Positions 54,971 through 64,000 of a DNA stretch of 64,000 nt are shown here, piece after piece. Both the position numbers and the translations under genes were made by a program. Below the pieces are notes generated by a model that saw nothing but the letters and a program-made list of their open reading frames with translations, was not told where the DNA came from and did not search any database. Every line of letters begins with the position of its first letter. Within the stretch, counting starts at the first letter, position 1. The DNA lies in assembly GCA_036351115.1 (NCBI GenBank), contig JAZBOL010000033.1:1404-65403 (forward strand). Direction: 5' to 3'. The DNA comes from Lysobacterales bacterium. Lineage in GTDB: Bacteria > Pseudomonadota > Gammaproteobacteria > Xanthomonadales > SZUA-36.

Positions 54971-55294
54971 TCCTTGAAAATGCGGCAAGTGCTTGATTCT
55001 TCGTTCTCCCGGCCGCGAAAGCGCCCTGTCGGCAGGCAAGCGTTCCCCGGCGCGGGTTCCTGTGCAAGTTCTTGTTTTCTTTTGCTTCGATTCGCGTTAG
55101 AATGCGCGGTTTCCTGAAGCCGGTTCAGGGTGTTCGCGTGCGCGCCGGCTTCCTGCGTCGGCCTGAACTTGCGAGGAGCGGGTTTGGACTCGATACAGGC
55201 AGGTTTTCATCATTTTGGCGGACGGTTCGATGCCGTACGCCGGGAACAGCGGCTCGCCCCTGGGGGGCGGGTTTGAGAGAAAGGTCAACAACAC

Positions 55295-55552
55295 ATGGTC
55301 AAGATTCGTTTGTCGCGCTCCGGCGCCAAGAGGAAGCCGTTCTACCATATCGTGGTGACGGATAGCCGTAACAAGCGTGATGGTCGCCGTATCGAGCGCA
55401 TCGGCTTTTTCAACCCCGTGGCCCGCGGCCAGGAAGAGCGCCTGCGTCTCGACCTGGAGCGCGTGGATTACTGGACGGGCGTTGGCGCCCAGCTCAGCGA
55501 GCGCGTGCGTCACCTCGTGGGCGAAGCCCGGGGAGCCGCCGCGGCCTCCTGA
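55295..55552 (+). CDS. rpsP: 30S ribosomal protein S16
   Basis: [21 protein letters not shown]. Confidence 0.97.
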   Translation: MVKIRLSRSGAKRKPFYHIVVTDSRNKRDGRRIERIGFFNPVARGQEERLRLDLERVDYWTGVGAQLSERVRHLVGEARGAAAAS

Positions 55553-55584
55553 GCCGTTGCCTCAGCGGCGCAGGTCGGCGGTGA

Positions 55585-56130
55585 ATGGTTGTGCCGCAAG
55601 ACGACGCTGAAGTCACGCTCGGATATATCTCGGGCGTGCACGGTCTCAAGGGGTGGGTCAAGGTGCATTCCTACACCGACCCCCGCGAGGCCATCCTGGA
55701 GTATCAGCCCTGGCGCCTTGCTGCGCCGGGCGACGGGAACATCGCTCAGGCTGGGGGTGGTCAGGTTCGTGAGGTTTGCATCGAGCGCGGTCAGCCCCAC
55801 GGTAAAACCCTGATCGCAGCCCTGCCCGGCGTGTCGACGCCGGAACAGGGCCGGGCCCTGGTGGGACAGGAGATCCGCGTGCCGCGCAGCGCCCTGCCCG
55901 ACAGTGGCGAGGACAGCTGGTACTGGCGGGACCTGATCGGCCTGTCGGTGGTGAACGAGGAGGACATTCCCCTCGGCACGGTGAAGCAGATGATCGAAAC
56001 CGGCGCCAATGACGTGATGGTGCTGGAGGGCGAACGGGAACGACTGGTCCCCTTCGTCAACGGACAGGTGGTCAGGTCGGTGGACCTGGACGCGCGGCAG
56101 ATTCGCGTGGACTGGCATCCGGATGACTGA
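55585..56130 (+). CDS. rimM: Ribosome maturation factor RimM
   Basis: [21 protein letters not shown] and a PRC-barrel C-domain. Confidence 0.93.
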   Translation: MVVPQDDAEVTLGYISGVHGLKGWVKVHSYTDPREAILEYQPWRLAAPGDGNIAQAGGGQVREVCIERGQPHGKTLIAALPGVSTPEQGRALVGQEIRVPRSALPDSGEDSWYWRDLIGLSVVNEEDIPLGTVKQMIETGANDVMVLEGERERLVPFVNGQVVRSVDLDARQIRVDWHPDD

Positions 56131-56959
56131 CCCGGAGACGTTCGCAACCGGAAGGGTGCGGCGTTTCGACGTCGTGACGCTCTTCCCCGAGGAGCTGTGC
56201 GCGATGGTGCGCCTCGGCGTCACCGGCCGGGCGTTCGACGAGGGCCTGGCGGAACTGGTGACCTGGAACCCGCGCGACCGGGCCCGGGATCGCCATCGCA
56301 CGGTGGACGACCGCCCTTACGGCGGCGGACCGGGGATGGTGATGGCGGTGGAGCCGCTCGGTGAGACGGTGCGGGCGGCACGAGCCGCCAACCCGGAGGC
56401 AAGCGTCTGCCTCATGAGCCCCCAGGGGCGCAGGCTGGACCAGGCCGGGGTCCGGGAACTGGCCGACCGCCCGGGACTGATTCTCCTGTGCGGGCGTTAC
56501 GAGGGCATCGACGAGCGCCTGGTGACGCAGGAAGTGGACGAAGAATGGTCCATCGGGGACTACGTCCTCAGCGGTGGCGAATTGGCAGCCGCGGTGTTGA
56601 TGGACGCGGTGTTGCGGCTGGTGCCCGGTGTTCTGGGCGACGCGCAGTCGGCGGAGCAGGACTCCTTCATGGAGGGGCTGCTGGACCATCCGCACTACAC
56701 GCGGCCCGAGACGCACGCGGGCCACACGGTTCCGGAAGTGTTGTTGTCCGGCGACCACGCGGCCATCGCGCGATGGCGGCGGAAAGAGGCGCTGGGACGG
56801 ACCTGGCGGCGCCGTCGCGACCTGCTCGAGGGCAGGGAGCTGGACCAGGAGTCGAGGCATCTGCTGGAGGAATACCTCCGTGAGCACGGCCTCGGTGAAC
56901 GGGAAGAAGAACAGGCAGCGGTAGAAGAAGCAGACGAACCGCAAGATCACGCAGTATGA
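56123..56959 (+). CDS. trmD: tRNA (guanine37-N1)-methyltransferase
   Basis: [33 protein letters not shown] and [11 protein letters not shown]. It overlaps rimM by 8 nt. Confidence 0.95.
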   Translation: MTDPETFATGRVRRFDVVTLFPEELCAMVRLGVTGRAFDEGLAELVTWNPRDRARDRHRTVDDRPYGGGPGMVMAVEPLGETVRAARAANPEASVCLMSPQGRRLDQAGVRELADRPGLILLCGRYEGIDERLVTQEVDEEWSIGDYVLSGGELAAAVLMDAVLRLVPGVLGDAQSAEQDSFMEGLLDHPHYTRPETHAGHTVPEVLLSGDHAAIARWRRKEALGRTWRRRRDLLEGRELDQESRHLLEEYLREHGLGEREEEQAAVEEADEPQDHAV

Positions 56960-56999
56960 ACCGGGGCCGGCGGCCCCACTTGTTGGACAGGACAGAGCA

Positions 57000-57344
57000 A
57001 TGAACATCATTGACGAAATCAACCAGGAACAGATGCAGAAGGAACTTCCCAAGTTCGCGCCCGGCGACACGGTCGTCGTGAACGTGAAGGTGAAGGAAGG
57101 CAACCGCGAGCGTCTGCAGGCCTTCGAAGGCGTGGTGATCGCCATTCGCAACCGCGGCCTGAACTCCGCGTTCACCGTGCGCAAGATGTCCCACGGCACC
57201 GGGGTCGAGCGCGTATTCCAGACCTACAGCCCGCTGATCGACTCCATCGTCGTCAAGCGCCGTGGCGACGTGCGCCGCGCCAAGCTGCACTACCTGCGCG
57301 GTCGCGAAGGCAAGAGCGCCCGGATCAAGGAAAAGCTCAACTAG
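57000..57344 (+). CDS. rplS: 50S ribosomal protein L19
   Basis: [30 protein letters not shown]. Confidence 0.97.
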   Translation: MNIIDEINQEQMQKELPKFAPGDTVVVNVKVKEGNRERLQAFEGVVIAIRNRGLNSAFTVRKMSHGTGVERVFQTYSPLIDSIVVKRRGDVRRAKLHYLRGREGKSARIKEKLN

Positions 57345-57396
57345 GCGATTTGCCGTTCTGCGCCCGGACTTCGTCCCGGCGTCGAAACGAAATCGG

Positions 57397-57437
57397 ACCC
57401 CGGTCATCACGAGCGCTTCGAGGTGGCCGGGGTTTTT
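57397..57437 (+). terminator. Rho-independent terminator after rplS
   Basis: ACCCCGGTCATC pairs with GAGGTGGCCGGGGT (a ~12-bp stem including G-U pairs), followed by T5 (57433-57437). Confidence 0.6.
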
Positions 57438-57487
57438 CGTGCCCGGGTGTTTCGCCGGCGCGCCGGCGGCCCCGTCTCCGCCGGGTG

Positions 57488-57515
57488 CTTGAATCTCTCC
57501 GCTGCTCCCCCTATT
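57488..57515 (+). promoter_or_regulatory. Sigma32-type heat-shock promoter CTTGAA-N13-CCCCCTAT upstream of htpG
   Basis: CTTGAA (57488-57493) and CCCCCTATT (57507-57515), compared with the consensus CTTGAAA-N13-15-CCCCATNT. It lies about 35 nt before the htpG ATG. Confidence 0.5.
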
Positions 57516-57549
57516 TCACCGGACAGTCAAAGCTTCTCCGGATGGGACC

Positions 57550-59466
57550 ATGAGCGAAACGACCGAATCAACCAACCAGGAACACCCCGCAGCGGAAGAA
57601 GGCGCGAGGCGCCAGGCCTTCCAGGCCGAGGTGCAGGAAGTGCTCAACCTGATGACGCACTCCCTGTACTCCAACAAGGAGATTTTTCTCCGGGAGCTGA
57701 TTTCCAACGCGTCGGACGCCTGCGACAAGCTTCGCTTCGAAGCGCTCGGCGACGATAGCCTGCTTGCCGAAGACCCGGAGCTGCGGATCGAGATCGAAGT
57801 CGACGAGGAAAAGCGCCTGCTGACGATCCGCGACAACGGCATCGGCATGAGCCAGGACGAAGTCGTCGAAAATATCGGCACCATTGCCCGTTCCGGCACG
57901 CGCCGTTTCCTGGAAAAGGCCCGCGGCGACGCCGAGTTCGACGAGCAGCTGATCGGCCAGTTCGGCGTGGGCTTCTACAGCTCCTTCATCGTGGCCGACG
58001 ACGTCACCTTGCTCACCCGCCGCGCCGGCGCCCCCGAGGCCGAGGGCGTGCGCTGGATGTCCGCCGGTGACGGCACCTTCGAGGTCAGCGCCGCGTCCCT
58101 GCCGCGCCGCGGCACGGAAGTGATCCTGCACCTGAAGGAAGGCGAGGACGAGTTCCTGCAGACCTGGACGCTGCGCAGCCTGGTGCAGCGCTATTCCGAT
58201 CACATCGGTTTCCCGATCCGCCTCAAGGAAACGAAGCCGGCGGAAGAAGAGGGGGGCGAGCCCACGGTCGAATGGACCACCGTCAACCAGGCCTCGGCCC
58301 TCTGGACCCGTCCCAAGTCCGAAATCAGTGACGAGGACTACACGGCCTTCTATCAGCACCTGACCCACGACAATGACGAGCCGCTGGCCTGGGCCCACAA
58401 CGCCGTGGAAGGCGCGCAGAACTACACGTCCCTGCTGTACCTGCCGGGCAAGGCGCCCCTCGATTTCATGATGCAGCGCGACGAGCGCCATGGCCTCAAG
58501 CTTTACGTCAAGCGCGTCTTCATCATGGACGCGGCGGAACAGCTGCTGCCCCACTACCTGCGCATGATGCGCGGCGTGCTGGATTCCAGCGATCTTCCCC
58601 TGAACGTGTCCCGCGAGCTGCTGCAGGAAAATGACGGCGTGCGCAAGATCCGCGCCGCCGTGGTCAAGCGCAGCCTCGACCTGCTGGCAAAGGTGGCGAA
58701 CCAGCAACCCGAAAAATACACGACCTTCTGGTCCGAGTTCGGCACGGTGCTGAAGGAAGGCATCGTCGAGGACATGGGCAACCGGGAAAAGATCGCGAAG
58801 CTGCTGCGCTTCACCTCCACGGCCGATACCGAGGCCGGGGACAGCGTGAGCCTGGAAGACTACGTCGCCCGGATGAAGGACGACCAGGAGTCGATCTGGT
58901 ACATCACCGCTGACAGCCTGAACGCGGCGAAAAACAGCCCGCACCTCGAGCTGTTCCGCCAGGAGGGCATCGAGGTGCTGCTCATGCACGAACGCGTCGA
59001 TGAATGGATGATGGGCTACTTCCCGGAATTCGACGGCAAGCCTCTCAAGTCCGTCGCCAAGGGCGATCTCGACCTGGGTGACGTTGCCCCGGAAGCGGAC
59101 GACGCTGAAAAGCCGGAAATCCTTGACCGCATGAAGGCGGTGCTCGGCGATGCGGTGCAGGACGTGCGCGCCAGCCGTCGCCTGACCGACTCTGCATCCT
59201 GCCTGGTGCTCGGCGAGCACGACATGGCGCTGCATCTCAAGCGCATGCTTGAGCAGGCCGGCCAGGCCGTCCCGGACAGTTCGCCGGTGCTCGAGGTCAA
59301 CCTCGACCACCCGCTGCTGCAGCGCCTGTCCGAGGCCGGGGAGGGGGATTTCGAGGAGTGGACCCGCATTGTTCACGAGCAGGCCGTGCTGGCCGAGGGC
59401 GGGCAGCTCGACGACCCGGCCGCCTTCGTTGCGCGAGTCAACCGCCTGATCCTGGGCAGCACCTGA
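57550..59466 (+). CDS. htpG: Molecular chaperone HtpG (Hsp90)
   Basis: ELISNASDA, IGQFGVGFYS and LNVSRELLQ. Confidence 0.97.
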   Translation: MSETTESTNQEHPAAEEGARRQAFQAEVQEVLNLMTHSLYSNKEIFLRELISNASDACDKLRFEALGDDSLLAEDPELRIEIEVDEEKRLLTIRDNGIGMSQDEVVENIGTIARSGTRRFLEKARGDAEFDEQLIGQFGVGFYSSFIVADDVTLLTRRAGAPEAEGVRWMSAGDGTFEVSAASLPRRGTEVILHLKEGEDEFLQTWTLRSLVQRYSDHIGFPIRLKETKPAEEEGGEPTVEWTTVNQASALWTRPKSEISDEDYTAFYQHLTHDNDEPLAWAHNAVEGAQNYTSLLYLPGKAPLDFMMQRDERHGLKLYVKRVFIMDAAEQLLPHYLRMMRGVLDSSDLPLNVSRELLQENDGVRKIRAAVVKRSLDLLAKVANQQPEKYTTFWSEFGTVLKEGIVEDMGNREKIAKLLRFTSTADTEAGDSVSLEDYVARMKDDQESIWYITADSLNAAKNSPHLELFRQEGIEVLLMHERVDEWMMGYFPEFDGKPLKSVAKGDLDLGDVAPEADDAEKPEILDRMKAVLGDAVQDVRASRRLTDSASCLVLGEHDMALHLKRMLEQAGQAVPDSSPVLEVNLDHPLLQRLSEAGEGDFEEWTRIVHEQAVLAEGGQLDDPAAFVARVNRLILGST

Positions 59467-59470
59467 GGCG

Positions 59471-60433
59471 TCAGTCGCTGGCGGTCGGGCTCCCGGCCGC
59501 CAGGGCTTCACACAAGGCCACGTTGTCCGGAACCACGCGCGTGATGGGGATCACCCCGGAAACGCCGGGGCCGGGCAGGTCATAGCGGACCGCGCCCCGC
59601 GCGCAGCTCTCGAAGCTCAACTCGACGGCGCCATAGGTCTCGTTGACCGCCTCGGGCGCTCCGCGATCGAAGCGGCCTCCGCGCGTGTTGGTCACCTCCA
59701 GCATGGCGCGGGTTCCGTCGAAGAGGCCGAAGGCCGTCAGCCAGCGTTGCCCGGGAGCACCCAGTACGGCAGGCGCGGTCGGATCTTTCTCCGTGTCGAA
59801 GGTGAACCAGGCCAGGAAGACCTGTCCTGACTCACCGAAGACATTGATGAAGAAACCCTGGCCGGCCGTGTCCGCGTTGAACCAGGCATCGTTGAGTCCC
59901 GGGTTGATGATGGCCGCGTCACCCTGTCCCTCCGGGCAGGTCCCGGGATCATCATCATCTCGCGGCAGCGAGAGCGTCTCCATGGCGAGTCCGATGTTGT
60001 TGCCCGGGTTCGGGTCCTCGGGCTCGACGTCCGTGACGCGCCCCAGGATTCGCCAGTCCCCGAGTTCCAGGTCGCAGGTGTCCAGGGCGATTGTGTTCTC
60101 CTGGAAGGAGTTGCCGATGAACAGGTTCACGGAACGGAATTCCCCGAGCAGGCTGTCCTGGTCATCCAGGCTGTCGTCGCGGGAGGCGTAGAACTCGATC
60201 CGGTAGCGGAACACCTCCACGGTGGTCGGATTGGCGGCCACGAAGTTGACCGTCAGGGGCTCTCCCCGTAACCGTTCCTCCTCGGCCAGCGCCAGCTGAA
60301 CCGACAGGTCCTGGGCCACGACGGGTCCGGACAGGAGGCACGCAGCGGCCCCGATCCAGCAAGCCCACAAGCCGAGAGCGCCTGAAGTGACGGGCCGGAG
60401 GAGCGTGAGCCATGGATGGGACCAGCGAGTCAT
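59471..60433 (-). CDS. Secreted hypothetical two-domain protein
   Basis: A signal-like N-terminus ending VVA-QD. The N-domain has a CARDB-like DPNPGNN motif. The C-domain has NPGLNDAWFNADTAGQGFFINVF...VFLAWFTFD. Confidence 0.6.
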   Translation of the reverse strand: MTRWSHPWLTLLRPVTSGALGLWACWIGAAACLLSGPVVAQDLSVQLALAEEERLRGEPLTVNFVAANPTTVEVFRYRIEFYASRDDSLDDQDSLLGEFRSVNLFIGNSFQENTIALDTCDLELGDWRILGRVTDVEPEDPNPGNNIGLAMETLSLPRDDDDPGTCPEGQGDAAIINPGLNDAWFNADTAGQGFFINVFGESGQVFLAWFTFDTEKDPTAPAVLGAPGQRWLTAFGLFDGTRAMLEVTNTRGGRFDRGAPEAVNETYGAVELSFESCARGAVRYDLPGPGVSGVIPITRVVPDNVALCEALAAGSPTASD

Positions 60434-60638
60434 GTGCGAAGCCTAACGGCACCGCTTCCAGCGGCCGTGAAATTCAACGGTCCGGAGGGTCGGCAACATC
60501 CCCGGCACGGGTGACCGCGCGCCGTCCCGGGCGAGCCTGATACCATCCCTCGTCTACGATCAGGCGATAGGCAGGCGCATGCCTGCCGGTCGCCTGCCCG
60601 ACTGTTCGCAGCCTGTTGAATGACACCGGGATGAAAGG

Positions 60639-61022
60639 TTGACCGTTCGCATCGACAAGTGGCTCTGGGCCGCCCGCTTCTTCAAGACCCGCTCCCTGGC
60701 GCGCACGGCCGTGCAGGGCGGCAAGGTGCGCCTGAACGATGCGCGGGCCAAGCCGGCCAGGACCCTCGAGGTCGGTGACGAGCTGCGCATCCAGCGGGGC
60801 GAGGAAACCTGGATCGTCCACGTCGAGAAGCTCTCGGATCGGCGCGGGCCCGCGACCGAGGCGCAAACGCTGTACCGGGAAACCGAGGAAAGCCGCGTGA
60901 ACCGGGAGGCGCAGCTCGAACGCCGCAAGGCCGAGCGGGCCGCCCTGGGGGACCGCCACCGTCGCCCGGACAAGCGCCAGCGGCGCCAGATCATCCGCTT
61001 CCGGCAGGAGCGGGACGGCTAG
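60639..61022 (+). CDS. hslR: Ribosome-associated heat shock protein Hsp15 (S4 domain)
   Basis: RIDKWLWAARFFKTRSLARTAV and a basic C-terminal tail. TTG start. Confidence 0.88.
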   Translation: MTVRIDKWLWAARFFKTRSLARTAVQGGKVRLNDARAKPARTLEVGDELRIQRGEETWIVHVEKLSDRRGPATEAQTLYRETEESRVNREAQLERRKAERAALGDRHRRPDKRQRRQIIRFRQERDG

Positions 61023-61037
61023 CCGGCGTCCGCGGCG

Positions 61038-63644
61038 TCAGGGGTCCGGCTTGGCGAGGTCCTTGATCCGGTACAGGGCCTCGAGGGCTTCCCGGGGGGA
61101 GAGATCGTCCGGGTCCAGCGCGTCGATGGCGGCCTGGAGTGCTTCCATCGATTCGTCGGCTTCCTTATCCACCCCGTCATCCAACCCGGGCGAGGCCGCG
61201 CCGGAAAACAGGTTCATCTGAGGCCCACCGTCGCCCTGCGCCTCCAGTAGGGCCAGGCGGCGGCGAGCGGCGCGCAGCACCGATTTCGGTACGCCCGCCA
61301 GGGCGGCCACCTGCAGCCCGTAAGACTGGCTGGCCGGACCATCCTCGACCGCGTGGAGAAAGACGATGCGCTCACCGTGTTCGACGGCGCGCAGGTGCAC
61401 GTTCGCGACACCCTCGCGCTCGGCGGCGAGCTGGGTGATTTCGAAGTAGTGCGTCGCGAACAGGGTGAAGGCCCGCACCCGGGTGGCCAGGTGGTCGGCG
61501 CAGGCCCAGGCCAGGGCGAGTCCGTCGTAGGTGCTCGTGCCCCGTCCGATCTCGTCCATGAGCACCAGGGAATGTTCCGTGGCGTTGTGCAGGATGTTGG
61601 CCGTCTCCGTCATCTCGAGCATGAACGTGGATCGGCCCCGGGACAGGTCGTCGCCGGCGCCGATGCGGGTGAAGATGCGATCCACGGGTCCGAGCCGGGC
61701 TGCCGTGGCGGGCACCCAGCTGCCGGCATGCGCCAGGAGCACGATCAGGGCGGTCTGGCGCATGTAGGTGCTCTTGCCGCCCATGTTGGGGCCGGTGACC
61801 ACCAGCATGCGCCGTTCCGCATCGAGCGAGATGTCGTTCGGCGTGAAGGGCTCGTCCTGCACCGCCTCGATCACCGGGTGCCGCCCGCCGGTGATGGCCA
61901 GGCCTGGTTCGTCGATCAACGAAGGCTCGCTGTAGTCCAGCGCCAGGGCCCGTTCCGCGAACGCGCACAGGACATCGAGGCGCGCCAGGCCGGCGGCCAT
62001 GGCCTGCAGTCCGGGCAGACAGGCCTGGAGCTCGGTGATGAGCTGCTCGTAGCAGTGCAGCTCCCGGGTGAGGGCCCGCTCCCGGCTCGAGAGCACCTGG
62101 TCCTCGAACTCTTTCAGCTCCTCGGTGATGTAGCGCTCCGCCGCCTTCAGGGTCTGGCGTCGCGTGTAATGCGTCGGCGCCTTGTCCGCGTGTAGCTTGC
62201 TCAGTTCGATGTAGTAGCCGTGCACGCGGTTGTAGCCAACCTTGAGGTTGGCGATCCCGGTGGCTTCCTTCTCCTTCTCTTCGTAGGCCAGCAGGAAGTC
62301 GTTGGCGTTTTCCGACAGGCCGCGCAACCGGTCCAGCTCCTCGTCGAAGCCGGGCGCGATGACGCCGCCATTGCGCGCGAGCACCGGCGGCTCGTCGACC
62401 AGCGCCTGCTCGAGCAGGCCGAGCGTGTCCGGAAAATGCTGGATGGCCTGCCGGAGTTGCCGCAACTCGTCTTTGCCCGAGGCTTCGAGCAGATGGTGCA
62501 GGCCGGGCAGGGCGGCCAGGGTGCCGCGCAGCGTCGTCAGGTCCCGGGGGCGGGCCGAACCGAGGCCCACGCGGCTCAGGATGCGCTCGGCGTCGCCGCA
62601 CCCGCGCAGCGTTTCACGGATGTCCTCGAGCACACCGGCATTGATGAGCGCGCCGATGGTCCGGTGGCGGGCGCCGAGGCGATCCCGGTCCCGGATCGGG
62701 TTGACCAGCCAGCGCCGCAGGAGACGGCCGCCCATGGGCGTGATGGAGCTGTCGAGCACCCCCACCAGGGTGTGGGCGTCATTGCCTTCCGGGTGGGTGA
62801 GGATTTCCAGGTGGCGCCGCGTCGCCGCGTCCAGGTGCAGGGTGGCATCGACCTGCTCGAGCTGGAGGCCCTGCAGGTGCGGCAGGGCGCCGCGCTGGGT
62901 TTCCTGCGCGTACTGCAACAGGGCGCCGGCCGCGGCAATCGCCGCCGGTTTGTCGTCGAGGCCGAAGCCGGACAGGTCGTGGGTGCCGAATTGCTCGTTC
63001 AGCAGCTTGGCCGCGGACGGCGTTTCGAAATGCCAGGGGGCGCGGCGGCGCAGTCCGCCCCGCCGGTCGAGGGTTTCACAGGCCGGATCGTCTTCCGCCG
63101 CCAGCAGTTCCGCCGGTTGCAGGCGTTCGAGCTGGGCCTCCAGCTCCCGTTCATCGGCCAGCTCCCGCACGCTCACCTGCCCGGCAGCCAGGTCGAGCCA
63201 GGCGAGGGCCAGCTGCTTGCGGTGCCGGGCCACGGCGGCGAGGAGGTTTTCGCGGCGCTCCTCCAGCAGGGCTTCGTCCGTGACCGTGCCCGGGGTCACG
63301 ATGCGCACGACCTCGCGTTCGACCGGGCCCTTGCTCGTGGCCGGGTCGCCGATCTGCTCGCAGATGGCCGCGGATTCACCTTTCTTCAGCAGGCGCGCCA
63401 GGTAGCCGTCCACGGCGTGGTGGGGCACGCCGGCCATGGGAATGGGCTGTCCGTTCGATTCACCGCGGGTGGTCAGGGTGATGTCCAGCAGCTCGGCGCT
63501 GCGCCGGGCGTCGTCGTAAAAGAGTTCGTAAAAATCGCCCATGCGGAAGAACAGCAGCGTGTCGGGGTGGTCGGCCTTGATGCGCAGGTACTGCTGCATC
63601 AGGGGGGTGTGGCCGCTGAGGGCTTCGCTGGCTGGCGCTGACAT
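61038..63644 (-). CDS. mutS: DNA mismatch repair protein MutS
   Basis: [30 protein letters not shown], Walker [10 protein letters not shown] and [13 protein letters not shown]. Confidence 0.97.
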   Translation of the reverse strand: MSAPASEALSGHTPLMQQYLRIKADHPDTLLFFRMGDFYELFYDDARRSAELLDITLTTRGESNGQPIPMAGVPHHAVDGYLARLLKKGESAAICEQIGDPATSKGPVEREVVRIVTPGTVTDEALLEERRENLLAAVARHRKQLALAWLDLAAGQVSVRELADERELEAQLERLQPAELLAAEDDPACETLDRRGGLRRRAPWHFETPSAAKLLNEQFGTHDLSGFGLDDKPAAIAAAGALLQYAQETQRGALPHLQGLQLEQVDATLHLDAATRRHLEILTHPEGNDAHTLVGVLDSSITPMGGRLLRRWLVNPIRDRDRLGARHRTIGALINAGVLEDIRETLRGCGDAERILSRVGLGSARPRDLTTLRGTLAALPGLHHLLEASGKDELRQLRQAIQHFPDTLGLLEQALVDEPPVLARNGGVIAPGFDEELDRLRGLSENANDFLLAYEEKEKEATGIANLKVGYNRVHGYYIELSKLHADKAPTHYTRRQTLKAAERYITEELKEFEDQVLSSRERALTRELHCYEQLITELQACLPGLQAMAAGLARLDVLCAFAERALALDYSEPSLIDEPGLAITGGRHPVIEAVQDEPFTPNDISLDAERRMLVVTGPNMGGKSTYMRQTALIVLLAHAGSWVPATAARLGPVDRIFTRIGAGDDLSRGRSTFMLEMTETANILHNATEHSLVLMDEIGRGTSTYDGLALAWACADHLATRVRAFTLFATHYFEITQLAAEREGVANVHLRAVEHGERIVFLHAVEDGPASQSYGLQVAALAGVPKSVLRAARRRLALLEAQGDGGPQMNLFSGAASPGLDDGVDKEADESMEALQAAIDALDPDDLSPREALEALYRIKDLAKPDP

Positions 63645-63710
63645 TCGCGGAAGTGTAACGTACGGCGCTGGACCGATGAAGGCGGCCGCACGGACCGGAC
63701 GGATTTCTGC

Positions 63711-64000
63711 ATGAATTCACAGAGCGTGGAAGCGCTGGACCAGGAAATTGCCGAGGTGGTGGACCACCTGGCGGAGGCCCTGCGGGACAGGGGCTGGATG
63801 CTGTGCACCGCCGAGTCCTGCACCGGCGGCTGGATGTCCAAGGTCTGCACCGACGTTGCCGGCAGCTCCGACTGGTTTTACGGCGGCTTTGTCTGTTACA
63901 GCTATCCCGCCAAGGAGCACCAGCTCGGCGTCATCCACGACGACCTCGTCCAGCACGGCGCGGTCAGCGAGGAAATCGCCTCCCAGATGGCCCTGGGCGC
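63711..64000 (+). CDS. CinA C-terminal domain / nicotinamide-nucleotide amidohydrolase PncC-like (5' part; runs off the window)
   Basis: Hand translation from ATG 63711: [64 protein letters not shown]. The TAESCTGG motif is diagnostic. It holds the usual position divergent from mutS. Confidence 0.8.
   Translation, partial: MNSQSVEALDQEIAEVVDHLAEALRDRGWMLCTAESCTGGWMSKVCTDVAGSSDWFYGGFVCYSYPAKEHQLGVIHDDLVQHGAVSEEIASQMALG

Noticed and set aside
55060-55120. Promoter for rpsP around TTAGAAT (about 55107-55113)
   Set aside because: A good -10-like hexamer is present, but no acceptable -35 lies at 16-18 nt spacing (TTGTTT is 20 nt away), so I did not list it as a feature.

Overview
This is a GC-rich proteobacterial chromosome segment, gammaproteobacteria-like by gene content and synteny. 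Conserved housekeeping genes dominate it: nbaC-asnS, hemN-fnr, msrPQ, ppc, phhAB plus an Lrp-type regulator, serC-serA, rpsF-rpsR-rplI, dnaB, alr, pspF, radA, ffh, rpsP-rimM-trmD-rplS, htpG, hslR, mutS, and the start of a cinA/pncC-like gene. I found no tRNA, rRNA, CRISPR array, transposase, integrase, prophage block or recognisable defence system. Many long ORFs in the track are mirror-strand artefacts of GC-rich coding DNA. Four things are not routine. (1) At 526-1170, two divergently transcribed, GGA-motif-dense, terminator-capped non-coding genes look like Csr/Rsm-type CsrA/RsmA sponge sRNAs. They share a ~100-bp control region with phased TAGACA repeats and an 8-6-8 palindrome. This is my best candidate for something undescribed. 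(2) At 3.3-12.7 kb there is a dense signalling neighbourhood. It holds a HesB-coupled GAF-PP2C/RsbW/RsbV partner-switching set, an ECF sigma/anti-sigma/PrsW protease block, and a kinase-linked ECF sigma with a coupled 21-codon uORF and a TPR Ser/Thr kinase. It also holds a small divergent ORF that mimics the kinase N-terminus. (3) At 37.5-38.5 kb a lower-GC patch carries a helix-rich ~350-nt leader with an anti-SD element, upstream of a 73-aa single-TM peptide gene. (4) Smaller oddities include a degenerate GH92-like lipoprotein, a Sel1-prolyl-hydroxylase fusion beside a second 2OG oxygenase, an orphan pspF and an acidic tail on L9. All calls come from reading the sequence and recalling family motifs. 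No searches or folding programs were run.
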